A DNA stretch of 64,000 bases from Candidatus Zixiibacteriota bacterium (GTDB taxonomy: Bacteria; Zixibacteria; MSB-5A5; DSPP01): positions 4,726 to 68,725 of the forward strand of contig JAKEHY010000002.1 in assembly GCA_022614805.1 (NCBI GenBank), given 5' to 3'. Shown in pieces: positions 9,613 through 21,112 of this stretch (position 1 is its first letter; each line of letters begins with the position of its first letter). The notes beneath the pieces are model-generated. The model had not been told where the DNA came from. It did not search any database and worked only from the letters and a program-made list of their open reading frames with translations. Made by a program: the position numbers and the translations under genes.

Positions 9613-9638
9613 GGGCGGTTCGTGAACCGCCCCTACAA
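9613..9638. repeat. REP-like element GGGCGGTTCGTGAACCGCCCCTACAA in the groES-groEL spacer (identical copy of 8097-8122)
   Basis: Exact 26-nt identity with the copy at 8097-8122. Confidence 0.55.
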
Positions 9639-9660
9639 CAATCTGAAGAAAAGGAGATAA

Positions 9661-11295
<1,635 letters not shown>

Positions 11296-11318
11296 ACCGA
11301 AACAGGGAAACAAAAGAA

Positions 11319-11348
11319 CCCCCCGGCTTTGGCCGGGGGGTTCTTTAT
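11319..11348 (+). terminator. Rho-independent terminator after groEL
   Basis: CCCCCCGGC-TTTG-GCCGGGGGG stem-loop followed by TTCTTTATTG. Confidence 0.7.
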
Positions 11349-11419
11349 TGTTGTGTCTTTCGTAGGCGGCATTTTAATGCCGCTGCCGGGTTAAAACCCG
11401 GCCTACGAAATTTTCAGGA

Positions 11420-11773
11420 TTATTTGTTCGGATAGCTCGCCGTCACTACCGTGTGGATGTTGCCGCGGGGGTTGAAATCGCCGACAATGGTCATTTTGCG
11501 GGGGGATAAAATTTTGACCAAATCCTCCAGAATCCGGTTGACGGCGTTTTCGTGGAAAATTCCCACGTCCCGAAAACTCTGGATGTAGAACTTCAGCGTT
11601 TTCAACTCGATGCATTTTTTATCCGGGACGTAGTCGATTTTAATCACAGCGAAATCCGGCAGGCCGGAGCGGGGGCAGACGCAGGTGAACTCCGGGCAGG
11701 AGATGGAAATGACGTAGTCCCGCCCGGGATATTGATTCTCAAACGCCTCCAGAATTTCCGGCTTGATGGGCAC
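11420..11773 (-). CDS. queF: NADPH-dependent 7-cyano-7-deazaguanine reductase QueF (type I)
   Basis: 117 aa; ISCPEFTCVCPRSGLPDFAVIKIDYVPDKKCIELKTLKFYIQSFR matches the QueF Cys/Glu motif region; GTG start. Confidence 0.85.
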   Translation of the reverse strand: MPIKPEILEAFENQYPGRDYVISISCPEFTCVCPRSGLPDFAVIKIDYVPDKKCIELKTLKFYIQSFRDVGIFHENAVNRILEDLVKILSPRKMTIVGDFNPRGNIHTVVTASYPNK

Positions 11774-11842
11774 GTTTTCTATATAAGAAAACCGGTTTTG
11801 GATGGCAAGAGGAAGGAAAAAACGAAAATTTGAAGAAAAAAA

Positions 11843-12604
11843 CTACGCGGCCGAGCCGTCTTCGCCGTGCTGAAAATTGGCCGGATGGACGCTCTCAATC
11901 GCGCGGTACAGCTCTTCCAGTTTGAACGGCTTTTTCAACAGCCACTCGGCTCCGGCGGAGGTGGTCTCCGTTTCCGAAAAACTCTGGCCGGTAATCAAAG
12001 CCACCGGCAGATAGGGATTTTCCCTCTTCAGCCGGTTCAAAAGCTCCACCCCGTGGAGGTCCGGCAAATTCAAATCCAGAATGGCGAAGCGCACGGGGTA
12101 CTCTTTGGCGAATTTCAAAGCCTGGGCGGCATTGCAGGCCTTCAAGGGGGCATATCCCCGGGTCTTCAAGCTGTCCCCCAAAAATTCCAAAAATATCGGG
12201 TCATCCTCCACCACCAAAACCACCACCGCGTCTGACTTTTTCCCCAAAACTTCCTCCATCGCCTGCTCGATTTGAGAAATCCGGAAGGGTTTGGTCAAAA
12301 GCGCCGCCGCCCCGGCCGAACGCGCCCCCTGCAAAAAGTCTTCGTACACGTTGCCGGTAATCATCACCACCGGCAGGCCGGCTTTCTTTTTCTGCAGCTC
12401 GGCCAGCAGCTCGATGCCGCTTATCTCCGGCATCACGATGTCGGAAATGACCAAATCGAACTTTTCGGTGTCTATTTTTTTCAGGGCGGTCCGGGCGTTG
12501 AAAGCCCCTTCCGCCTGGTAGCCAATGGCTCCGAGCGTTTCCACCAACAGTTCGCAGATGCGGCGGTCGTCGTCCACGACCAGAATCCGGGCCGGTTCGG
12601 GCAT
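11843..12604 (-). CDS. Response regulator with two tandem receiver domains and no output domain
   Basis: Start trimmed to the ATG at 12604 (MPEPARILVVDDDRRICELL...) with an AAGGAGA RBS. Two CheY-like units (…DLVISDIVMPEISG… and …AILDLNLPDLHG…). Confidence 0.75.
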   Translation of the reverse strand: MPEPARILVVDDDRRICELLVETLGAIGYQAEGAFNARTALKKIDTEKFDLVISDIVMPEISGIELLAELQKKKAGLPVVMITGNVYEDFLQGARSAGAAALLTKPFRISQIEQAMEEVLGKKSDAVVVLVVEDDPIFLEFLGDSLKTRGYAPLKACNAAQALKFAKEYPVRFAILDLNLPDLHGVELLNRLKRENPYLPVALITGQSFSETETTSAGAEWLLKKPFKLEELYRAIESVHPANFQHGEDGSAA

Positions 12605-12731
12605 TTTTTCTCCTTGTAGTTTGTATCGGCTTTTCGGGCGCCCGGCTTGACCGAAACTTTGGGTCACCCCGGCGGGGGTGGCCGCGTTTGCTTTAAGATT
12701 TGACTGAACCCTACCGATAACAGAAAGGGGT

Positions 12732-13805
12732 ATGCCAAAAATTTTGCACACGGCCGACTTGCGCCTGGGAGCCAAATATTTGGGGCTGGGAAAAGCGGGG
12801 GACAAAGTCCGCGCCCAGCTCAAGCGCGCCTGGACGGCCATCGTCGAGACGGCCTTGGCCGAAAAAGTGGACGCCGTGGTCGTGGCCGGCGGGCTTTTCG
12901 ATTCTTCCGAGGTCTCACGTCCCGCCGTGGAATTCGTTTTGAAGGAAATCGCCCGACTGGGAAAAATTCCGGTGGTAGTGGTGCCGGGCCTGCGCGACCA
13001 CCTGGGAAAAGGCTCCCTTTACTACCACTTCGACCTTATTGACCGCCCGGAAAACCTTTTTCCCCTGACCTCGGCGGATGAAACGCTGGAACTGAAGGAA
13101 CTGGGGTTGACCATTTTGGCAGGCCCGACCACCGGACCGAAATCGAAGGAATCGCCCCTGGCCGGCGTCGAAGCCCCCGCAGGTGGACTTTCGGTCGTGG
13201 TCGCATCCGGCATCTGGGAGGGGGTCAACCATCCCGTAACCGAAACCGACATTGGCAAAACCGGCGCCACCTACGCCGCCCTGGGGGGGCTTCCCGCTTT
13301 CAAAAGCGGTTCGGCGAAAAAAACCGCCTACGCTTTCTCCGGTCCGCCGGAAGCGCAGGACTTCAACACCACCGATTCCGCCGGCGTGGTGCTTGTCGAT
13401 TTGGAGAAAAAGCCGGTGGAGCTCACCTTCCTCCCCTTGGGGGTTTTGGTCTGGAAGGAAATCACGATTGGCGACCCGGAAAGTTTGGCGGAGCTTTTGG
13501 AAAAAGAAAAGGGGGAAAACCGGCTTTTGCGGGTCAAACTGGCCGGCGAAAGAAAACCGGCCTGGTTCGACGTGGAAGAGACACTCAATGAGTACAGGGA
13601 CAAATTTCTGTTCCTCACGCTTTCGGACGAAAGAAAGTTCGCGCGGGAATTCAAGAAATACCCTCGTCAGACGGTGGCCGGGCAGTTTTTGCATCTGGCG
13701 GAGGAGCAGTTGAAAAAAGCGACGGCCGAAGAAAAAACGTTGTATCAGGAAGTTCTGGACCTGGGGCTTTCGCTGGCCGCCGGCCCGGTGGGGGAGAAAA
13801 AGTAG
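12732..13805 (+). CDS. SbcD/Mre11-like calcineurin-fold protein with degenerate metal-binding motifs
   Basis: N-terminus MPKILHTADLRLGAKY resembles the Mre11/SbcD motif I (HxSDxHLG), but the second His is Arg. Motif II GDxFD appears as GGLFD and motif III GNHD as PGLRDH. About 150-aa C-terminal extension. Confidence 0.65.
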   Translation: MPKILHTADLRLGAKYLGLGKAGDKVRAQLKRAWTAIVETALAEKVDAVVVAGGLFDSSEVSRPAVEFVLKEIARLGKIPVVVVPGLRDHLGKGSLYYHFDLIDRPENLFPLTSADETLELKELGLTILAGPTTGPKSKESPLAGVEAPAGGLSVVVASGIWEGVNHPVTETDIGKTGATYAALGGLPAFKSGSAKKTAYAFSGPPEAQDFNTTDSAGVVLVDLEKKPVELTFLPLGVLVWKEITIGDPESLAELLEKEKGENRLLRVKLAGERKPAWFDVEETLNEYRDKFLFLTLSDERKFAREFKKYPRQTVAGQFLHLAEEQLKKATAEEKTLYQEVLDLGLSLAAGPVGEKK

Positions 13806-13808
13806 GCG

Positions 13809-15860
13809 ATGAAAATAGAACGCTGCGAAATCAAACGCTTCGGCAAGCTGAAAAACTTCAAGGCCGAGTTCGCCCCCGGGCTGAATCTGGTCAAAGGGGC
13901 CAACGAGGCGGGCAAATCGACTTTGGTCGAGGCTTTGGGGGCCGGGCTTTTCGACGACCCCCAGAACGTCAGCCGCGAGGTCAGGGAAAAAACCAGCTGG
14001 GGCTCGGACAAAAAATTCGAACTGGTGCTGGAATTGGCGGACGGCGACGAACGCTGGCAACTCTCCAAAGATTTCGAAAAGGGGGAAGTCAAGCTTGAAA
14101 AGACCGGTTCCCGCGAAAGCTGGGACCGCCTCTCCGAAGTGGACGAGGTTTTGTCCAAGCATCTCGGGCTGGCTAAAAAGGAATTATATTTGTCCACCTC
14201 CTTCATCCGGCAGGGGGAGCTGGCGCTCATTTCCGAAAATCCGCGCATCTGGCGGGAAAAGCTGGAGGAAGCGATAACCGGCAGCAACGAACAGGTTTTG
14301 GCGCAGGCCGTGGCCGCCAAGCTGGCCGCCCGCCTGGCCCGGTTCGGAGAGGAAGGGGAACTGGGGGCTTCCCGGCAATTCAAAAAGGAAGTGGAATACC
14401 AGCTCTCGCTGGTGACCGAAGAGGTCAAGACACTTTTGGCCAACCGCACCGATTTGGCGGAGATTGAAAAAACCTACGTCGACGTTTTCCGGCAGTCCGA
14501 GGACTTGAAAAAAAGAATTGAGGCCTCCCGCCAGCCTCCTCCCACCGAAGGGGAGCTGGCGCTTTTGGAAGAAAAGGTCACCAACCTGACGGCCCGGTTG
14601 AAAAACCTGGACGAGACCGAAAAAACGGTCAAGGAACTGCGCGAGGAGGCCGCTCGCGGAGGGGACGTTTCCCGCGAGGATATCGCCCGGCTGGATGAAG
14701 TCGAAAGCCGGATGCGGCTTTTGGAAGTGGAGCAGGGGGACCTGGAACCGGGCGGCCCGGATGCCTCTCGTTACCCCAGCCCCCTTCCCATCTTAACCGG
14801 ACTGGGTCTCACCTTCGCCTGCATCGCCGCCGCCTTCTTTTACAGCAAGGCCTGGTGGCTCGGAGCGGTAGCGGGGTTGATATGGTCGGCGATGTCGGTT
14901 TTTTCCTTTCTGAAAAAAGTACAGGATGCGGCCCGGAAGCAGCTGGAAACCGGAGGCTCTTCCGGAAAAAAAGAGCGGGTCGTCGGCGAGCTGGAAAAGT
15001 TGCAGCGGAACGTAAACGAGCTTTTGGCCCGCTACCGGGTCACCACCGCTTCGGCCCTGCGGGAGCGGGCGGAGGCTTCGCGCGAGCGGGCCCAAAAGAT
15101 AACTGAAGCCACCCTCCGCTACGAGAACCTTCTGGGGGGGCACTCCCGCCCCGAACTGGAGGCGGACCTGACCGCCACCAAAGAGCGGCTGGCCCGGCTG
15201 CAGGAAAAACCGGCCAAAAAGCACGACTCGGAGGACCTGGAAGTCTTGGAGGAGCGGCTTTTGGCCATCGAGGAGGAGCGCCGCAATTTGGAAACGGCCC
15301 GCAACGCCATCGCCCGCCGCATCGAACAAAGCGAGGACGGGGTGGAACTGAAGGTGGCTTTGGAAGAGCGGCTGGAGGAGGAAAACAAAAAAATTGCGGC
15401 GCTGGAACGGAAGCTCATTGTCTGCTTGAAATCCTACGAGCTCTGGGAAGAGGCCCGGAAGCGGGTTTTGACCGGCGCCGCCGACGTTTTGGATGAGGAG
15501 GTTTCCAAACAACTGACGGAAATCACTGGCGGAGGCTACCCCAAAGCCCGATTTGACAAGGAGAATTTAAACTTTGAAGTTTATTCCGAAGAAAAGCAGG
15601 AATACGTCAATCCGCACAAAATCCTTTCCGCCGGTGTACGCGACCAGCTTTATCTGGCCGCCCGGCTGGCGTTGTTGAAGTTCATTTTCCCGGACCAAAA
15701 GCCGGTTTTGATTTTGGACGACCCCTTCGGCAATTTCGACCCCTCCCGCCGCCAGAAAGCCGGGGAGCTTCTGGTCAAATTGGCTACTGAATATCAGATT
15801 CTGCTTTTAACCTCGCAGGACTACTTCGACCACCTCTCCGCCTCCAAAATCGAACTGTAA
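13809..15860 (+). CDS. SbcC/Rad50-like AAA ATPase with central transmembrane hairpin
   Basis: Walker A GANEAGKST near the N-terminus; long coiled-coil regions. At the C-terminus: signature-like LSAGVRDQL, Walker B/D-loop VLILDDPFGNFD, then LLLTSQ. Two hydrophobic helices (PILTGLGLTFACIAAAFFY / WWLGAVAGLIWSAMSVFSFL) in mid-protein where Rad50/SbcC carry the CxxC hook. Confidence 0.75.
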   Translation: MKIERCEIKRFGKLKNFKAEFAPGLNLVKGANEAGKSTLVEALGAGLFDDPQNVSREVREKTSWGSDKKFELVLELADGDERWQLSKDFEKGEVKLEKTGSRESWDRLSEVDEVLSKHLGLAKKELYLSTSFIRQGELALISENPRIWREKLEEAITGSNEQVLAQAVAAKLAARLARFGEEGELGASRQFKKEVEYQLSLVTEEVKTLLANRTDLAEIEKTYVDVFRQSEDLKKRIEASRQPPPTEGELALLEEKVTNLTARLKNLDETEKTVKELREEAARGGDVSREDIARLDEVESRMRLLEVEQGDLEPGGPDASRYPSPLPILTGLGLTFACIAAAFFYSKAWWLGAVAGLIWSAMSVFSFLKKVQDAARKQLETGGSSGKKERVVGELEKLQRNVNELLARYRVTTASALRERAEASRERAQKITEATLRYENLLGGHSRPELEADLTATKERLARLQEKPAKKHDSEDLEVLEERLLAIEEERRNLETARNAIARRIEQSEDGVELKVALEERLEEENKKIAALERKLIVCLKSYELWEEARKRVLTGAADVLDEEVSKQLTEITGGGYPKARFDKENLNFEVYSEEKQEYVNPHKILSAGVRDQLYLAARLALLKFIFPDQKPVLILDDPFGNFDPSRRQKAGELLVKLATEYQILLLTSQDYFDHLSASKIEL

Positions 15861-16033
15861 CATCAAGCACTCCGTCTTTACGCTGTAGCTCCTATTTATA
15901 AGTATTGTTGTCATCAAGAGATTATTCGCTATATTATTTTTGTGATTATTGTTATTTTGAGCAATTCGCACAGCATAAGCGTCATATACCAAAGCACCAT
16001 CCAAATTGATGACAAACAAAGGGAAAATTAGTT

Positions 16034-16603
16034 GTGGCCGTTGACCATTATTCGAAGGAGTGGGCTTATTTTTTATTAAAAGATTACGCGCAAGCTCTCA
16101 CACATCTTGAAAAGGCTGTAGAGAAAAGCCCCGAAGATGGAGAAATATGGTTTTTCATCGGTTATTGCCAGGAAAGGTTGGGCAACTACCAAGAAGCAGA
16201 AATAGCTTATCAGCATGTGATTCAAACAAAATCGCACATAATATGGACGCACGCCGCACACTTTTGCTTAGGTTTTACGAATGAAAACCTTGGCCGCTAT
16301 GACAAATCTATTGAAGCCTACAAACAGGCCATCAAAATCAATCCCGAATATGCAAAAGCGTATCAAAACTTGGCAGTAGCCTATACCAAACTTAACCGTT
16401 TTCAGGAGGCATTTGAGGCTACCACGCAAGCAATTCGCCTCGACTCAAAAAACATCGAGGCACATTACCTTCGTGGTTTGATGTCTCTGATACTTGGTAG
16501 CATTAATATAGCACTCGAAGAACATCAAATACTCAAAATGCTCGACCAAAAGATGGCTCTCGAACTCCTAAATGCGATAAACAAAACTAAGAAACCTGCG
16601 TGA
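16034..16603 (+). CDS. TPR-repeat protein (low-GC island)
   Basis: 189 aa with 4-5 tetratricopeptide-like units (…AEIAYQHVIQ…, …IEAYKQAIKINPEYAKAYQNLAVAY…); GTG start. Local GC is clearly lower than the flanks. Confidence 0.55.
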   Translation: MAVDHYSKEWAYFLLKDYAQALTHLEKAVEKSPEDGEIWFFIGYCQERLGNYQEAEIAYQHVIQTKSHIIWTHAAHFCLGFTNENLGRYDKSIEAYKQAIKINPEYAKAYQNLAVAYTKLNRFQEAFEATTQAIRLDSKNIEAHYLRGLMSLILGSINIALEEHQILKMLDQKMALELLNAINKTKKPA

Positions 16604-17136
16604 CCAAAGAATATCTTGCAAGAAAGAAATTGCTATATAAGCTCTGCGTTGCAAAATCAGATATAACTTCCGCTATGACTGCGTGTAAGTATCTTATCTC
16701 ATCCGTAAAAAACACCGACGATCCGCTTTATTTACCTTTACTGAATGCAATAATTGTCTGTTATTCAAGGCCTTTTACCAATAACAAACCGCTGGGCTCT
16801 CTACCAAGAAAATGGCATAAATTCGGCGGACAAAAGCACCGGACTATTCATGGGACTTTGCTTACGTTTCGCCACAAGATAATCGCCCACAGTGACCTGA
16901 AATATCGTCCAGTATTTATATACCCACCAGGAACGCTGCCATCCATCGCCGGTGCAATTACTGCCGGACTCAAAATTACTGTTGTAGATAAGCGTTTGCC
17001 ACTCTACTTTTTTCCTGAAATCCTTAAAATGTGCCTCAATCTTGTAAATCGCCTCGATATTGAAATACAAAAGCAAGTCCAGTCATTATTTGATATTCAA
17101 AGCCTCTCCGCCAAAAAATTTGAGCTTATCTTTTAA
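16600..17136 (+). CDS. Hypothetical protein (low-GC island), possible HEPN-like Rx5H motif
   Basis: 178 aa, GTG start overlapping the upstream stop (GTGA). No recognisable family; contains FRHKIIAHSDL (R-x5-H). Confidence 0.45.
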   Translation: MTKEYLARKKLLYKLCVAKSDITSAMTACKYLISSVKNTDDPLYLPLLNAIIVCYSRPFTNNKPLGSLPRKWHKFGGQKHRTIHGTLLTFRHKIIAHSDLKYRPVFIYPPGTLPSIAGAITAGLKITVVDKRLPLYFFPEILKMCLNLVNRLDIEIQKQVQSLFDIQSLSAKKFELIF

Positions 17137-17204
17137 TTCCCTTCATTTGAGGGAAAAGGACTCCCCCTTGCCAATCCCTGCTCGTTTGCTACCTTTGGTA
17201 TGAA

Positions 17205-19421
17205 ATGAAAGAACCAGAAGTAAACATCGCTTTGGCCAAAAAGCTGGGGCTGACGGAGGAGGAATATCAAAAAATTCAGGGCTTTTTGGGGCGGATGCCG
17301 ACCTACACCGAACTGGGGATTTACGCCGTGATGTGGTCAGAGCATTGTTCCTACAAAAACTCGATTGCGCTCTTGAAAACCCTCCCGCGCGAAGGGTCGG
17401 CTTTGGTGGCCAAGGCGGGGGAGGAAAATGCCGGCGCCGTGGTGCTGGATGAGGAGCGCGTAATCGTCTTCAAAATCGAAAGCCACAACCACCCCTCCGC
17501 CGTGGAGCCGTATCAGGGCGCCGCCACCGGGGTGGGGGGTATTCTGCGGGATGTTTTTACAATGGGCGCCCGCCCGATTGCCGCTTTGAACTCGCTCCGG
17601 TTTGGAAATCTGGGCGACCCGCGCGTCCGCTATCTTTTGGACGGCGTGGTCCGCGGCATCAGCGACTACGGCAACTCCTTCGGCGTCCCCACTGTGGCCG
17701 GGGAAGTTTATTTCGAGGACTGCTACACCGGCAACCCGCTGGTCAACGCTATGGCCGTCGGCTTGGCCAAACGGGGGCGGCTGGTGCGGGCCATTGCCAC
17801 AGGGGTTGGCAATCCGGTTTTCATCGTCGGTTCCTCGACCGGACGGGACGGCATTCACGGCGCCTCTTTTGCCTCCAAGGAAATTACGGATGAGTCGGAG
17901 GAAGACCGTCCCTCCGTCCAGATTGGCGACCCTTTTACGGAGAAGTTGTTGCTGGAAGCCTCGCTGGAAATCATCAAAAAGGATTTGATTGTCGGTATGC
18001 AGGATATGGGGGCCGCCGGGCTGACCTGCTCCACTTCCGAAATGGCCGCCAAGGGGAAAGCCGGTATCGAAATCGACCTGGACAAAGTTCCCCTCCGGGA
18101 AAAGGGAATGACCCCGTATGAGATAATGCTTTCTGAATCGCAGGAACGGATGCTGGTAATCGGCAAAAAAGGGAGGGAAGTTGAAATCCGAGAGGTTTTT
18201 GAAAAATGGGATTTGAATTGCGTTCAAATCGGCGAAGTGACCGACACCGGCCGGGTGGTGGTGAAATTTCTGGGCCGAGTGGCGGCTGATATTCCGGCGG
18301 AAAGTTTGGTTTTGGGTGGCGGCGCGCCGGTTTATAACCCGCCCCGCAAGAAACCAACCTATCTCGAAAACGGCGTCAAAAGCGTCAAAACCCCCGACCC
18401 GCCGAAAGATTTGGGAAAAGTGCTTCTCGATTTGCTCGCTTCTCCCAACATCGCTTCCAAGCGCTGGGTTTTTCAGCAATATGACTCAACCGTCCGCACC
18501 AATACGGTCTTCGGCCCCGGCTACGACGCTGCCCTGTTGCGCATCCGCGGCTCTAAAAAAGGAATTGCCGTCAAAACCGACTGCAACGCCCGCTATTGTT
18601 ATTTGGACCCCCGCCGGGGGGCTGCCATTGCCGTTTGCGAGGCGGCCCGCAACGTGGTGGCGGTCGGAGCCAAACCGATGGCCATCACCAACTGCTTGAA
18701 CTTCGGCAATCCCGGAGACCCGGAGGTGTACTGGACCTTTGCCGAAGCGATTGCCGGAATGGGGGAGGCCTGCCGGGCTTTGGAAACGCCGGTCACCGGC
18801 GGCAACGTCAGCTTTTACAACGAAGACCCGACCCGAATGGTCTATCCCACCCCGGTGATTGGGATGCTTGGAATTCTGGATGACATCGACAAAGCCACCT
18901 CCTCCCACTTTCAGACCGAAGGAAATTGGGTTTATTTGGTTGGCGAGACCAAACCGGAAACCGGCGGCTCGGAATACATGAAGGTTCTGACCGGACAAGT
19001 TGCGGGCGTTGTGCCCACGCTCGATTTGAAAACTGAAAAGAAAATTCAGGCTTTCGTTTTGAATCAGATAAGCGCAGGAATAATGGAATCCTGCCACGAC
19101 GTTTCCGACGGCGGTCTGGGTGTCGCTTTGGCCGAAATGTGCATCGGCAACCAAGAAAGAAAGTTCGGGTTTGCACTTGAAGCCAAGCCAACCCTCCGGC
19201 CCGACCTGTTTTTGTTTTCCGAGTCCCAGTCCCGCTTTGTCGTAGAAATTAAACCCCAACTGACCTACAAGCTTGAAGAAGCTGTCAAAAAAGAAAATAT
19301 TCCGCTTTTGAAATTGGGAACGGTGGGCGGGACAGAATTCATGTTCTCCCCCCACTTTCACCTTTCTATCGAAGAGTTTAGCAATGCCTACTTTAACTCA
19401 ATCGAAACCAAAATCGGCTGA
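17205..19421 (+). CDS. purL: Phosphoribosylformylglycinamidine synthase subunit PurL
   Basis: 738 aa; PurL/FGAM synthase II features throughout (AIRS-like domains, [20 protein letters not shown]). Confidence 0.95.
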   Translation: MKEPEVNIALAKKLGLTEEEYQKIQGFLGRMPTYTELGIYAVMWSEHCSYKNSIALLKTLPREGSALVAKAGEENAGAVVLDEERVIVFKIESHNHPSAVEPYQGAATGVGGILRDVFTMGARPIAALNSLRFGNLGDPRVRYLLDGVVRGISDYGNSFGVPTVAGEVYFEDCYTGNPLVNAMAVGLAKRGRLVRAIATGVGNPVFIVGSSTGRDGIHGASFASKEITDESEEDRPSVQIGDPFTEKLLLEASLEIIKKDLIVGMQDMGAAGLTCSTSEMAAKGKAGIEIDLDKVPLREKGMTPYEIMLSESQERMLVIGKKGREVEIREVFEKWDLNCVQIGEVTDTGRVVVKFLGRVAADIPAESLVLGGGAPVYNPPRKKPTYLENGVKSVKTPDPPKDLGKVLLDLLASPNIASKRWVFQQYDSTVRTNTVFGPGYDAALLRIRGSKKGIAVKTDCNARYCYLDPRRGAAIAVCEAARNVVAVGAKPMAITNCLNFGNPGDPEVYWTFAEAIAGMGEACRALETPVTGGNVSFYNEDPTRMVYPTPVIGMLGILDDIDKATSSHFQTEGNWVYLVGETKPETGGSEYMKVLTGQVAGVVPTLDLKTEKKIQAFVLNQISAGIMESCHDVSDGGLGVALAEMCIGNQERKFGFALEAKPTLRPDLFLFSESQSRFVVEIKPQLTYKLEEAVKKENIPLLKLGTVGGTEFMFSPHFHLSIEEFSNAYFNSIETKIG

Positions 19422-21081
19422 AACCGGCTATCGGCCGCTAAAAGCGCCGCGCGGCAACAAGCTTTCCTGCAAAGGGTGGCATCAGGAGGCGGCCTTGCGG
19501 ATGCTGATGAATAACCTCGACCCCGAGGTCGCCGAAAACCCCCGGGAACTTGTGGTCTACGGCGGCCGGGGAAAAGCGGCCCGAGACTGGCGCTCCTTTT
19601 GGGGCATCGTCGAAAGCTTGAAAAAACTGGAAAACGACGAAACCCTCCTGGTGCAGTCCGGTAAGCCGGTGGGCATTGCCAAAACGCACAATTGGGCTCC
19701 CCGCGTTCTAATCGCCAATTCCAATTTGGTTCCGGCCTGGGCCACGCCGGAAAAGTTTCGCGAACTGGAGGAATTGGGTTTGATAATGTTCGGCCAGATG
19801 ACCGCCGGCAGCTGGATTTACATCGGCACCCAGGGGATTTTACAGGGAACTTACGAGACCTTTGCCTCACTCGCGGCCGCCCACTTCGACGGTGATTTGT
19901 CCGGCCGCTTGGTTCTGACTGGCGGGCTGGGGGGAATGGGGGGCGCCCAGCCTTTGGCGATTACGATGAATGGCGGCGTGGCGTTGTGTGTGGAAGTGGA
20001 CCCGGAGCGCATCCGGAAACGATTGGATACAAAGTATCTCGACCTTAAGGCCGATAATTTGGACCACGCCATCCAGCTGGCCGAAAAGACCCGCAAAGAG
20101 AAAAAACCGCTCTCCATCGGTGTTTTGGGCAACTGTGCCGAAGTTTTGCCGGAACTCTTGCGTCGCAGCTTCCAGCCGGACGTGGTGACCGACCAGACCT
20201 CGGCCCACGACGAACTCTACGGCTACGTTCCCGCCACGCTCGCACTCGAGGAAGCCCGCGCCCTTCGCAAAACCAACCCGCAACAGTATATCCGCTTGGC
20301 CTACGAATCGATGGCAGCACACTGCACGGTGATGCTCGGCTTTCTGAAACGGGGTTCGGTGGTTTTTGACTACGGCAATAATCTCCGCGGTCAGGCGAAA
20401 AAGGCCGGCATCGAGAATGCCTTCGACTACCCCGGCTTTGTCCCCGCCTACATCCGCCCCCTCTTTTGCGAAGGGAAAGGCCCCTTCCGCTGGGCCGCCC
20501 TTTCCGGCCAGCCGCAGGATATTTACGCAACCGACGAGTTGGTCTTGAAAACCTTTCCGAAAAACAAGCCCCTGGCCCGCTGGATAAAACTGGCCAGGGA
20601 GAAGGTGCAATTTCAGGGCCTCCCCGCCCGTATCTGCTGGCTGGGTCTGGGAGAACGGGCCGCCTTCGGCGAAAAAATGAACTTTCTCGTTCGCAAAAGG
20701 AAAATCACAGCTCCCATCGTCATTGGCCGCGACCATCTGGACGCCGGCTCGGTCGCCTCTCCCTACCGGGAAACGGAGGCGATGCGGGACGGCTCGGATG
20801 CCATTGCCGACTGGCCGATTCTAAATGCCCTCTTGAACGCCGTCTCCGGTGCCTCCTGGGTCTCCCTCCACCACGGCGGCGGGGTCGGCATTGGGCTTTC
20901 GATTCACGCCGGTCAGGTGATTGTGGCCGACGGCACCAAGGAAATGGATGTCCGGTTGAACCGGGTTTTGACCAACGACCCCCTTTCCGGAGTCTTCCGC
21001 CACGCCGACGCCGGCTACCAAGAGGCCTGGGCGACGGCCCAAAAGTGGAAAGCCAAAATTCCCCTGGCCCCGAAAAAGTAA
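19384..21081 (+). CDS. hutU: Urocanate hydratase
   Basis: 565 aa; [40 protein letters not shown] are urocanase hallmarks; overlaps the purL 3' end by 38 nt. Confidence 0.9.
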   Translation: MPTLTQSKPKSAETGYRPLKAPRGNKLSCKGWHQEAALRMLMNNLDPEVAENPRELVVYGGRGKAARDWRSFWGIVESLKKLENDETLLVQSGKPVGIAKTHNWAPRVLIANSNLVPAWATPEKFRELEELGLIMFGQMTAGSWIYIGTQGILQGTYETFASLAAAHFDGDLSGRLVLTGGLGGMGGAQPLAITMNGGVALCVEVDPERIRKRLDTKYLDLKADNLDHAIQLAEKTRKEKKPLSIGVLGNCAEVLPELLRRSFQPDVVTDQTSAHDELYGYVPATLALEEARALRKTNPQQYIRLAYESMAAHCTVMLGFLKRGSVVFDYGNNLRGQAKKAGIENAFDYPGFVPAYIRPLFCEGKGPFRWAALSGQPQDIYATDELVLKTFPKNKPLARWIKLAREKVQFQGLPARICWLGLGERAAFGEKMNFLVRKRKITAPIVIGRDHLDAGSVASPYRETEAMRDGSDAIADWPILNALLNAVSGASWVSLHHGGGVGIGLSIHAGQVIVADGTKEMDVRLNRVLTNDPLSGVFRHADAGYQEAWATAQKWKAKIPLAPKK

Positions 21082-21112
21082 ATCCGTTCCCCGCTCGGCC
21101 GATAAAATCAAG

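Noticed and set aside
11774-11842. preQ1 riboswitch upstream of queF (and of queD at 27680-27731)
   Set aside because: Only a trivial AAAACCGGUUUU palindrome is present. There is no match to the preQ1-I hairpin plus A-rich tail consensus or to preQ1-II/III features.
12915-14162. 415-aa minus-strand ORF
   Set aside because: Antisense to the SbcD-like and SbcC-like genes; Phe/Gly/Gln low-complexity; no domain.
17337-18479. 380-aa minus-strand ORF
   Set aside because: Completely contained antisense within purL, which is unambiguous.
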